From an uncultured delta proteobacterium (lineage in GTDB: Bacteria > Myxococcota_A > UBA9160 > UBA4427): a stretch of 64,000 bases of DNA. Below, one piece after another: positions 11,643-20,757 of this stretch. How positions within the stretch are numbered: position 1 is the stretch's first letter; each line of letters opens with the position of its first letter. Below the pieces are notes generated by a model, which did no database searches, was not told the origin of the DNA, and was given only the letters and a program-made list of their open reading frames with translations. The stretch is taken from positions 237,737-301,736 of the forward strand of contig CAWGJT010000001.1 of NCBI GenBank assembly GCA_963822965.1, read 5' to 3'. The position numbers and the translations under genes are program-made.

Positions 11643-12916
11643 ATGGATTTCGAGATTCCGCAGGACATCCAGGACCTGCTCGAGCGCCTCGACGGCTTCA
11701 TCGAGGACGAGATCAAGCCGCTCGAGCAGCAGGACGACAACATCCGCTTCTTCGACCACCGCCGCGAGGACGCGCGCACCGACTGGGAGCGCGGCGGCCT
11801 GCCGAACGAGGAGTGGGAGGCGCTGCTGCACAAGGCGAAGCGCCTGGCCGACGACGCCGGCTTCTACCGCTATCCGTTCCCCAAGGCGTACGGCGGGATG
11901 GACGGCAGCAACCTCGGCATGGCCATCATCCGCGAGCACCTGGCCGCGCAGGGGCCTCGGACTGCACAACGACCTGCAGAACGAGCACTCCATCGTCGGC
12001 AACAACGTCGGCCTGCTGCTGATGCTCCACTACGGCAGCGAGGAGCAGAAGGCGGAGTGGGTCGACGACCTCGCCCAGGGCAAGCGCGGCTTCGCCTTCG
12101 GCATCACCGAGCCCGAGCACGGCTCGGACGCCACCCACATGGAGACCCACGCCGAGCGCGACGGCGACGCGTGGGTGATCAACGGCGAGAAGACCTGGAA
12201 CACCGGCATCCACAAGGCCCAGTACGACATGGTGATGGCGCGCACCAGCGGCCAGGCGGGCGACGGCGACGGCATCACCGCCTTCCTGGTGCCCATGAAG
12301 GCGCCGGGGGTCAAGATCGAGGAGATGCTCTGGACCTTCAACATGCCGACCGACCACGGCCGCGTCTCCTTCACGAACGTGCGCGTGCCCCACGCGAGCA
12401 TCTTCGGAGGCGAGGGCCGCGGGCTCCAGGTCGTGCAGCACTTCTTCAACGAGAACCGCATCCGCCAGGCCGCCTCGAGCCTGGGCGCGGCCCAGTACTG
12501 CATCCAGCGAATCGGTGGAGTACGCGAAGCAGCGCAAGCCCTTCGGCAAGCCGCTGGCGAGCAACCAGGGCATCCAGTTCCCGCTGGTGGAGCTGCAGTC
12601 CCAGTGCGAGATGCTGCGGGCGCTGATCCACAAGACCGCCTGGCAGATGGACCGCTACGGCGCCTTCTCGGTCTCGGACAAGGTGTCGATGTGCAACTAC
12701 TAGGCGAACCGGCTGTGCTGCGACGCCGCCGACCGCGCCATGCAGGTGCACGGCGGACTCGGCTACTCGCGCCACAAGCCCTTCGAGCACATCTACCGCC
12801 ACCATCGCCGCTACCGGATCACCGAGGGCGCCGAGGAGATCCAGATGCGCCGGGTCGCCGGCTACCTGTTCGGCTACATGAAGCAGAACGCGCCCAAGGG
12901 CGTGCGCGCGGACTGA
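11643..12916 (+). CDS. Acyl-CoA dehydrogenase (frameshifts near 11950 and 12510; in-frame TAG at 12701)
   Basis: AFGITEPEHGSD, WVINGEKTW, RKPFGKPLASNQGIQF, AMQVHGGLGYS, RITEGAEEIQ. Confidence 0.9.
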
Positions 12917-12919
12917 GGC

Positions 12920-14367
12920 TCAGGCCGTGCCGGCCGCGCGCCGCAGCTCCTGGAAGGAGCTCTCGGTCGCCGTGACCAGGGCGTGCAGGTCGGGCACCAG
13001 GTCCCAATCGCCGGTGAAGCCCCAGGAAATCGTGCCGTCGTAGCTGAACAACGCGATCCCCAGCCCCAGCGTCCCCATGAGCGGCACGTGGGGATGGATC
13101 GACTGCATGCGCGACTCGAGCAGATAGAGCGGGGTGCGCGGCCCGGGCACGTTGGTGATCACCGTGTTGAAGGGCGTGCCGTAGGTCATCAGCCGCGCGC
13201 CCAGGGAGAGCAGCGTCGAGCCGGTCCACTCGGTCACCTGGGTGAGCGTCTCCGCGCCCAGGGCCTGCTTCGATCGCTTGAGGTTCTCGGTCTGGTTCCG
13301 GATGGAGGCGAGCCGCGCGAGCGGATTCGGCTCCGCGACGGGAAGCGAGACGGTCCAGGCGGAAACCCGGTTGCCCAGGCTGCCCCGCTGCTCCGCAGTC
13401 CGCACGCTCACCGGCGCCATCACGCGGAAGTCCACGCGATCGAGATCCACGCCGCGATCCCGCGAGAGGAAGCGGCGGAAGGCGCCCGCCGCCGTGGCCA
13501 GCACGATGTCGTTGATGGTGCCGCCCGCAGCCCGACGCACGTCGCGAATCTGGCCCAGGGACATGGGCAGCCAGTCGATGCGGCGGTGCGGCCCCACGGG
13601 CCGGTTGAACGGCACCGGCGTGGCGATTCCCATGTCGCCCAGCAGCCGCGCGAGGGCGCGCAGGCGCTCGGACGCCTGGTGCCGCGCGTCGTCCTCGTCG
13701 CGCAGGAGACGTCCCAGCGCGGACCCGGCCTGCAGCGGCGCGCGCAGGGCCCGGGAGATCTCCCCCACCCCGAGCTGCACCTGCGACGGGAACCGGACGG
13801 GGCCGCCAGCGCCGGATGGGATCGGGCTTCTCCCGGGGCTCGGGGGTGAGCAGCGCAGCGATCAGCTCCGAGCCGGACACGCCGTCCACCATGCAGTGAT
13901 GCACCTTGGAGAGCACGGCGATGCGATCGCCCTCGAGCCCCTCCACCACCCACAGCTCCCACAGCGGCTTCTCGCGGTCCAGCCGCTGGGAGAAGATGCG
14001 ACCCACCAGCCGCTTGAGCTGCCGGTCGCTCCCCGGACGGGGCAGCCGGGTGTGTCGCACGTGGTAGCGGATGTTGAAGGCCCGATCGTCGACCCACACC
14101 GGGTGGCGCTCCAACGGGGTTCGCGCCAGACGCTGTCGGTAGCGCGGGATCCGATCCAGGCGCGAGAGCACGTACTCCTCGATGCGCTCGATGTCCAGGC
14201 GACCGTCGGCGCTGCGCAACGGAGCGGCGTCGTGGATCTGCGTCGAGGCCGACGTGCATCGCGCCGGCGGGAGACGCGTCCTCGTAGACCAGGAAGGAGT
14301 TGTCGATGGCGGTGAGGCGGTCGTAGGTCGGGCGGTCGGACGGGGCGTCGGAGCTGAGCTCACTCAT
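12920..14367 (-). CDS. Wax ester synthase/diacylglycerol acyltransferase (WS/DGAT) #1 (frameshifts near 14250 and 13790)
   Basis: DRLTAIDNSFL, KVHHCMVDGVSG catalytic motif, TINDIVLA, ITNVPGP. Confidence 0.92.
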
Positions 14368-14374
14368 GGGACCC

Positions 14375-15779
14375 TCACAGCTTGCGCAGCACCTCGAACT
14401 CGCGATCGACGGCGAGCACGAAGTCGTGGAGATCGGGAATCGCGTCCCAATCGGCGTTGAAACCCCAGTGGATGGACTCGTCGTAGCTGAAGAGCGCGAT
14501 CCCCAGCGCCTGGTTCTCGAAGAGGGGCACCAGGGGATACGACTCGCAGAGCCGCGCCCCGCTGAGGAAGACCGGGAACTGGGGACCGGGAACGTTGGTG
14601 ACGACCATGTTGTAGGAGCGACGCGTCGCGGAGAGGCGGCTCATTCCCGTCAGCAGCGAGGTCAGCGTCCAGTCGCTGAGCTCCTCCAGCAGCTCGGTCC
14701 CCTCGGAGCGCCCCGAGCTCTTGCGCGCCGAGGTCTGCTCGATGATCCGTTCCATGCGAACACGCGGGTCCGGCTCGCTCACCGGAAGGGGAACCATCAT
14801 CATCGACACGCGGTTCCCGAGCTTTCCCCGCTCTTCGGAGGTCCGGGTGGAGACGGGGATGAAGACCCGGAAGTCCAGCTCCGAGACGTCCAGCCCGCGG
14901 CCTTCCAGGAAGCTGCGAGCCGCCCCGGCGACGCAGCCGAGCAGCACGTCGTTCAAGGTCCCGCCGAAGCGCGTCTTCACCTCCCGGGCGACGCCCAGGT
15001 CGAAGCGCGTCCAGTCGAAGCGCCGGTGCGGGCCGATGGGCACGTTGAAGGGCGTATCGCTCGCGGGGCTCAGCGAGTCGGCCACGCCTTCGGCGAACCC
15101 CACGGCGGTGTGCCTGGCTTCTCCCAGCGCGTCGCTCGGTCGGCGCAGGGAACGGACCATCGTGCCGGCCAGGCGACGCGGCAGCGAGAGCCGTCGCGTC
15201 ACCTCGTCGGAGAGCAGCTTGAGCGGGGCCTGGCGCCGGCCGCGGCAGCCAACGATGGTCGATGACTTCCGGGCGGTGGCTGGGGTCCGGCCCCATGAAG
15301 GCAGACAGCAGATCGACGCCCGAGATCCCGTCGATCAGACAGTGGTGCACCTTCGACACCACCGCGCAGCGTCCGCCTTCGAGACCCTCGACGAACCACA
15401 TCTCCCACATCGGCTTCGAACGATCGAGCTTCTGCGACATGATGCGGCCGACCAGCCGCTTCAGCTGACGTTCGTCGCCGGGCATCGGCAGCGAGGTGTG
15501 ACGCAGGTGATAGAGGACGTTGAAGTGCGGGTCGTCCACCCAGACCGGGTGATCCGTGACGGGCGTGGACCCGAGCTTCTGGCGGAACCGCGGCGCCCGG
15601 AACAGACCCGCCTCGGTGACACGCAGGATCTGATCGAAGTCGAGGCTGCCGTCGTCGCGCGCGAGCGGGCCCGGATCGAGGATGCCGACGGATCCGACGT
15701 GCATGTGGACGCCTGGCGACTCGAGCGCCAGAAAGCTGGCGTCGAGCGCGGTGAGACGATCGTAGTGGGTGTAGGCCAT
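14375..15779 (-). CDS. WS/DGAT #2 (frameshift near 15225)
   Basis: DRLTALDASFL, KVHHCLIDGISG, TLNDVLL, VTNVPGP. Confidence 0.92.
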
Positions 15780-16103
15780 GATTCTTCTCCCCGACCCACC
15801 ATCATAGTCCTCACCCTCGCCGCGCGCGTCGGGCCGCGCGCGGCGAGGGCCCGCAACGGGCTCCCACCGCCTCGGCCGAGCGGCTGGGGCAGTCTGACAC
15901 ACGCCGCCGACGGGTCGTGAAGGCGCGGATGGGCGCCGGCGGCACGCGCCTGGCGGCCAGGTCCAGGAGCGACGAGAGGGGCCTCCGGGGATGCCAGCCG
16001 AGTCTCGGATCGCTGGGAAGCCGCAGGGGAAATCGGGAAGCTCGCGACGGGCCGGCGAGTCCTCCGCGTTCGGCGCAGGCCGACCGATCCCGGGGTCGGG
16101 CGG

Positions 16104-16146
16104 CTAGGAGCCTGACCCAGGACTTCGTCTTGGGTCGCCCTGCTAG
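16104..16146. repeat. Short palindromic copy of the CTAG-flanked repeat family
   Basis: CTAG GAGCCTGACCCAGGAC TTC GTCTTGGGTC GCCCTG CTAG shares its arm with the copies at 20.6 and 25.6 kb. Confidence 0.7.
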
Positions 16147-16799
16147 TCGAGCGCGACGTCCTGGCAGGTCTCGCCACCGTCTCGCTCGACGCAGAACGAG
16201 ATATTGGGTCCCAGGTGTGCGATCAGGGAGGGGAGCTGCGAGGGGTCCCGCAGCTCCACGCCCTGGATGCGGCTCAGCCGGTCTCCGATCCGGAAGCCCG
16301 CTCGGGCGAGGGGATGATCGTCACCCATCTCCTCGATGACGAGCCCCTCGATCGCCCCGCCCTCCGCATAACGCGGCTCGAGTCGCACGGACGCGAACAG
16401 CTTGCGTACCGCCGGATCGACGTCGTCGGCGGTGAAGCCGGACTCGCTCACCGCCTCGTTCCAACGGGCGTCCGCCTTCGGCGCGAGCTCCAGCTGCTTC
16501 GCGCGATCGAGCAGCCTCGCGTCGGATTGGATCGCTGCGAGTCGGGCGGCCTCGAGCGATGTGGCTTCTTCCGCCACCGGCTCGTCGGCCGCCGGCGAAG
16601 GCGTCGGGAGGGGCTGCGCCGCCGCGGGCGTGGGCAGACGAGCGGGGGCCGTGCCGACGGGCGGCGGCTGCGAAGATGCCGCGGGCGCGGCGTCGGCTCG
16701 AATGGCGGCCTCCGGCCCGGGCGCCGTACGCGCGGACCACATCAGCCCGGCAAGACCCATGCTGACGATCAGTACCCCGATCCAGATCCCTCGCTGCAC
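16143..16799 (-). CDS. Membrane-anchored protein with C-terminal PDZ-like domain (GspC-like C terminus)
   Basis: N-terminal TM segment, Pro/Ala linker, EGLVI...ARAGFRIGDRLSRIQG PDZ pattern. Confidence 0.7.
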   Translation of the reverse strand: MQRGIWIGVLIVSMGLAGLMWSARTAPGPEAAIRADAAPAASSQPPPVGTAPARLPTPAAAQPLPTPSPAADEPVAEEATSLEAARLAAIQSDARLLDRAKQLELAPKADARWNEAVSESGFTADDVDPAVRKLFASVRLEPRYAEGGAIEGLVIEEMGDDHPLARAGFRIGDRLSRIQGVELRDPSQLPSLIAHLGPNISFCVERDGGETCQDVALD

Positions 16800-16913
16800 G
16801 CCGTCTCTCCTCGGAGCCGTTCCACGGAATCATCGGCGGGCGTCGTGGGAGGGGGCGTCTCCCGTCAAATCCGCCCCCTCCCACGATCCCTGCCACACTT
16901 CCCTAGCGTCGGA

Positions 16914-18014
16914 CTAGAAGCACCAGAAGTTCGTGATGCAGAAGTCCTCGTCCAGATACCCGATCATGATTCCCATGTCGTGATCGGTGTCGTCCGGCCG
17001 ATTGATCTGCGCGTGCACACGCATGGTCTGGTTCTTCTTCGTGTGTGTGTGTGGATCACAGACCGTCATGTCCGAGATGTGACCCGCGTAGTTCGCGAGC
17101 CCGATGGGATCCGACGAGACGGTGTTGGAGCTCACCGGATGGGCAGCGTCCGCGCCGCTGCCCGGACCAACCGGAACGTAGGGCGAGCCCGCCGCATAGC
17201 CGGCCACGGACGTGCAGGAGTTCTGGCCGTTGCTCTGGTTCTTCCAAGCGATGCTGACGCCGTAGTCGTGGATGTGACCACCCAGCGTCACCATGGTGTG
17301 GGAGCGGTCCGCCTTCCAGTCCCAGTGCAGGTCGTTGTAGCCCGCGACGGCGTCCGCCTCGGAGTCGTCGCACTGGTCGATGTCGATCCAGATGGGACGC
17401 GTTCGGTCGATCCCGCTACCGCTCGCAGGCACCCAGTGGAACGTGTACTCGAAGTACACGGTCTTCTGGACCGGCTGCATGTTCATGAGGTGGTAGACGA
17501 GACCCCAGTTGTCGTTCGATCCCACGTAGTAGCCGTAGCCATCGTCCACGTGCATGATGGTGCGCTCGTTGCCCGCGGCGAAGAACCGCTCGTTGCCGCC
17601 GGCCGCGCCACCGAGCAGCTTGATGGGCTCGGAGCTGAAGAGGTTCGGACGACAGGTGATGTCCGGTCGCGAGTAGTTCATGTTCACGACGTGGTGGAGC
17701 ATCGTGCCGTTGTTGAAGTTCGCCGTCGTGCCGTCCTCGAGCACGAGGTTGGGCTGGATCTGCGTGATGTAGCAGTCACTGCACGGACGCGGGACGTCGT
17801 AGCTCGCCACGGACTGGAACAGACCGATCAGGAAGGCCGACAGGCCGGAGACGCCCGCCACCTCGTTCTCGACCTGGCCCGGACCGTTCGGCCCCGCTGC
17901 CGGAAGTACGATCGGTCCCCAACGGATCGTCGTCACGTTGTCGGCCGCTGCCGGCCCCGCGACGAGCGCTGCTGCGATGCACCCCGCTGCGATTGCACTG
18001 ATCTTGCGTTTCAC
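16914..18014 (-). CDS. Secreted protein, putative copper type II (PHM/DBH-like) monooxygenase fold
   Basis: Signal peptide; motifs HH (MLHHVV), H (VYHLMN), HxH (GGHIHD), M (HDMGIM) in the PHM order; many Cys. Confidence 0.6.
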   Translation of the reverse strand: MKRKISAIAAGCIAAALVAGPAAADNVTTIRWGPIVLPAAGPNGPGQVENEVAGVSGLSAFLIGLFQSVASYDVPRPCSDCYITQIQPNLVLEDGTTANFNNGTMLHHVVNMNYSRPDITCRPNLFSSEPIKLLGGAAGGNERFFAAGNERTIMHVDDGYGYYVGSNDNWGLVYHLMNMQPVQKTVYFEYTFHWVPASGSGIDRTRPIWIDIDQCDDSEADAVAGYNDLHWDWKADRSHTMVTLGGHIHDYGVSIAWKNQSNGQNSCTSVAGYAAGSPYVPVGPGSGADAAHPVSSNTVSSDPIGLANYAGHISDMTVCDPHTHTKKNQTMRVHAQINRPDDTDHDMGIMIGYLDEDFCITNFWCF

Positions 18015-18067
18015 GGTGGTTCCCTCCGTTTCGGTGCCGACTCGCGGCACACGGTGAGCGACGTCCG

Positions 18068-18694
18068 TCAGCGCAGCAGGCCGCGGCCCGTGAGCCTCTG
18101 GACGAAGTTGTGGAGCTCCTCGCGCGAGCACGCATCCCGATGCTCGAGCCACCATCCCGCCATGTGCTGGATGAGCCCGATCATCGACTGCGCGAGAAGC
18201 TCCGGGTCCTCGTTGCGGAAAGTCCCTGCCTCGATTCCCTCCTCGAGCAGGGGACGCAGGTCCTGGGCGTGCTGGTTCATCGCCCAGGTGGCGAGCGAGC
18301 CGGACTGGGTGCGGATGTCCCCGGCCTCGCGGAAGTACAGGAAGCCCTTCTCGTTCTCCTCGACGAAGGCGAGATAGGACTCGAGGGCGCGCGAGATGCG
18401 CTCGGCGAGAGTGCCGGGGCCGCTGGTGGCCTCCTGCATGCGCTTGCGCAACCGGGCCGTGTGCTCGATGACGAGCTTCGCGAAGAGGTCTTCCTTGCCC
18501 TGGAAGTAGATGTAGAAGGTGCCCACGGACAGGCCCGCACGACGCGCGACGTCCTCTACGCGAAGGCCCGGCACCCCCTCTTCGCTGATCAGCTCGTTGG
18601 CGGCATCCAGGAGCCGGCGCAGCGCCTCCGGATTCGGCGTCCGGGCCGGCTTGCGGGGCCGACGGCGGCGGGGAATGGGACGCAGATCATCCAT
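18068..18694 (-). CDS. TetR/AcrR family transcriptional regulator
   Basis: LRVEDVARRAGLSVGTFYIYFQGKEDL HTH. Confidence 0.95.
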   Translation of the reverse strand: MDDLRPIPRRRRPRKPARTPNPEALRRLLDAANELISEEGVPGLRVEDVARRAGLSVGTFYIYFQGKEDLFAKLVIEHTARLRKRMQEATSGPGTLAERISRALESYLAFVEENEKGFLYFREAGDIRTQSGSLATWAMNQHAQDLRPLLEEGIEAGTFRNEDPELLAQSMIGLIQHMAGWWLEHRDACSREELHNFVQRLTGRGLLR

Positions 18695-18716
18695 GGTCGA
18701 GCGATCTCCTGGCTGA

Positions 18717-18748
18717 TGAATGTAGTTATATTCACTGAATTGAGTTCA
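18717..18748. promoter_or_regulatory. Two adjacent inverted repeats, candidate TetR operator
   Basis: TGAATGTAGTTATATTCA (18717-18734) and TGAATTGAGTTCA (18736-18748) in an AT-rich patch just upstream of the tetR ATG. Confidence 0.65.
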
Positions 18749-18859
18749 CGTCAACGAAAAATGCGCTCTTGGCTTCCAAATCGGGCAGTTCGTGGCGCGA
18801 TCCCCCCGATCGCGCCACCTGCCGCGGCCGCTTCGGCGACATGGGGCTCTCAGAACGCG

Positions 18860-19100
18860 TCGTAGAGCCCGGGGGTTCGGCGTGGTCGATCACCGCGCCC
18901 CATGGGCAGCCGAGATCCGCGACCGGCTGGGTGCGGAGCAGGTCCGCAAGGAGGTGGTGGCGGCGGCGGGCTTCGTCCTGGAAGACGAGAGCGATCTGCT
19001 GAGCCACCCCGAGGACGACCGGAAGAGGCGCGTCTTCGACGAGACGAGCCGCGGCCGGGCCGACCGCTTCGTCTACCGCTTCCGCAAGCCGGCCGGCTGA
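18860..19100 (+). pseudogene. C-terminal remnant of a predicted SAM methyltransferase (COG4798-like)
   Basis: VVDH...EVVAAAGFVLEDESDLLSHPEDD...RGRADRFVYRFRKP resembles that family's C terminus; no N-terminal SAM-binding part upstream. Confidence 0.6.
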
Positions 19101-19124
19101 AGGCCCCCCGGAGCGCGCCCGGTC

Positions 19125-19730
19125 TCAGGCCTCTTCGGCGAATCGCTCGGGCAGCTCCATGCGGAAACGGACCTGGTCGGGGCTCAACCGCTTGCCGGTC
19201 CAGCGGCGCTTCGATCCCTGGCGCAGGTTGATCTGGTTCATGAAGCCGACGGTCGTTGGGATCAGCGCGTCCACGAACGACCGCGCGTTGCCGTAGACGA
19301 TGTCGAGGCTGCGCGAATTCAAGGAGACCTGGAAGTCGAGGAAGTCGTAGAGGCTTCCGGTGATGGTGGTGATGAGCTTGGCCTGCCGGGCGAGACCCGT
19401 GCGGGATTCGACCCGGCCCGTTCGCTCGGCGTAGTCGAGCTGCTGGTACATGCGGCTGTCGAAGAGACGGTCGGCCGAGACGGCCCCCTGTCGCTCGAGG
19501 TACATAGGGTCGCGATGGCCCGAGACCTCCCAATCCAGCTCCAGCAGCTCGCAGAAGACCCCGATCGGGTACCAGCGGGCGATCTCGATCTTCTGGTCGA
19601 TCAGGGCCAACGCCGGACCCGAGAGCCGCACCTCCAGGGCGTCCGGCGTAATCCGTCCCCGGTCCCGGAGGCGGCGCACGGCGACCGCCACGCCCAGCAC
19701 CAGGCTCCCCTTGACCGACTCCGAAGCCAT
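19125..19730 (-). CDS. Hypothetical protein (~200 aa)
   Basis: Clean ORF with ATG start and GC-rich third positions; VKG...WYP pattern. Confidence 0.7.
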   Translation of the reverse strand: MASESVKGSLVLGVAVAVRRLRDRGRITPDALEVRLSGPALALIDQKIEIARWYPIGVFCELLELDWEVSGHRDPMYLERQGAVSADRLFDSRMYQQLDYAERTGRVESRTGLARQAKLITTITGSLYDFLDFQVSLNSRSLDIVYGNARSFVDALIPTTVGFMNQINLRQGSKRRWTGKRLSPDQVRFRMELPERFAEEA

Positions 19731-19764
19731 GGATGGACCTCCCAGAAGCGCTCTTCGGCCGTCT

Positions 19765-19780
19765 GTCAAGCAAACTTGAC
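19765..19780. promoter_or_regulatory. Palindrome between divergent genes, candidate operator
   Basis: GTCAAG-CAAA-CTTGAC; includes a TTGAC -35-like sequence on both strands. Confidence 0.5.
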
Positions 19781-19859
19781 GAAGCGTCACAGGACTCCCC
19801 GAGGAGCCGTCCCAGCGGTTCCGACCGGAATGGCCCACAATCGCCGGCCGGGAGGCCCC

Positions 19860-20603
19860 ATGACCGAGAGGATCCTCAGGCGCGACCGCGGCGGCGTGCG
19901 CACGATCACCTTGAATCGTCCCGAGAAGCTCAACGCCCTGGACGAGGCCCTGTTCGAGGCGCTGGCCGACGAGATCACGGCGCTCGAGTCCGCGCAGGAC
20001 GTCCACTGCGTGGTGCTTCGAGGCGCCGGGCGCTCGTTCTGCGCCGGCAACGACCTGGAGGACATCGCCGCCGGACGTCGATCCCCGGACCCGCACTTCC
20101 GGGGTCGGACCATCGAGCGGCTGTCGCAAATCCCCCAGCCCCTCGTCGCCCAGATCCACGGGCACTGCTACACGGGCGGCCTCGAGCTCGCGCTCGCCGC
20201 AGACCTTCTGATCGCGGCGGAGACCGCGCGCTTCGCCGACACCCACGGCAAGTGGGGTCTCACCCCGCTCTGGGGAATGAGCCAACGGTTGCCCCGCCGG
20301 GTGGGCATGTCCCGTGCCAAGGAGCTGATGTTCACCAGCCGTACCGTCTCCGCCCCGGAGGCCCTCTCGATCGGCCTGGTGGACGGCTGCGTCCCGGACG
20401 ACCTCCTGAACGAGGAGATTGGGGGACTCACCGGCGCGATCGTGGCGAACTCGGAGTTCAGCAATCGGGCCATCAAGCGGCTGCTTGCCGAGACCGAAGG
20501 CCTCGGGCTCGCCGAGGGCCTGCGCTACGAGCGGGAGAAGAGCCCGGGCATGGCGCCCGACGCGGCCGAGCGGATCGCCCGCTTCGGCCAGCGCCGCCGC
20601 TAG
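19860..20603 (+). CDS. Enoyl-CoA hydratase/isomerase family protein
   Basis: TLNRPEKLNAL, FCAGNDL, GGLELALAADL; GGAGG RBS. Confidence 0.93.
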   Translation: MTERILRRDRGGVRTITLNRPEKLNALDEALFEALADEITALESAQDVHCVVLRGAGRSFCAGNDLEDIAAGRRSPDPHFRGRTIERLSQIPQPLVAQIHGHCYTGGLELALAADLLIAAETARFADTHGKWGLTPLWGMSQRLPRRVGMSRAKELMFTSRTVSAPEALSIGLVDGCVPDDLLNEEIGGLTGAIVANSEFSNRAIKRLLAETEGLGLAEGLRYEREKSPGMAPDAAERIARFGQRRR

Positions 20604-20615
20604 CAGGCCGACCCG

Positions 20616-20745
20616 GGATGGGTCGGCTTGCGCCGCAAGCGAATCCTGCGGATTCGTCAGCTAGGACCGCGACCCAAGACGAAGTCTTGGGTCGCGGTTG
20701 TGCCGCATAGTCTTGGGTCGCGGTTGTGCCGCATAAGGGAGCCCG
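20616..20745. repeat. REP/BIME-like palindromic intergenic repeat (empty-site copy) with a 26-bp tandem duplication
   Basis: GGATGGGTCGGCTTGCGCCGCAA.CGAATCCTGCGGATTCGTCAGCTAG also at 25593-25641; hairpin ACCGCGACCCAAGAC-GAA-GTCTTGGGTCGCGGT; AGTCTTGGGTCGCGGTTGTGCCGCAT twice (20683-20734). Confidence 0.85.
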
Positions 20746-20757
20746 AGCCCGTTGGGC

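Noticed and set aside
12701..12703. In-frame TAG in the acyl-CoA dehydrogenase as possible pyrrolysine or readthrough
   Set aside because: One base from TGG (Trp), in a gene that also has two indels; TAG is used as a normal stop elsewhere and no pyl genes are in the window.
20683..20734. 26-bp direct repeat as a possible CRISPR
   Set aside because: Two adjacent copies with no spacer and no cas genes; part of the palindromic repeat family or a local duplication.
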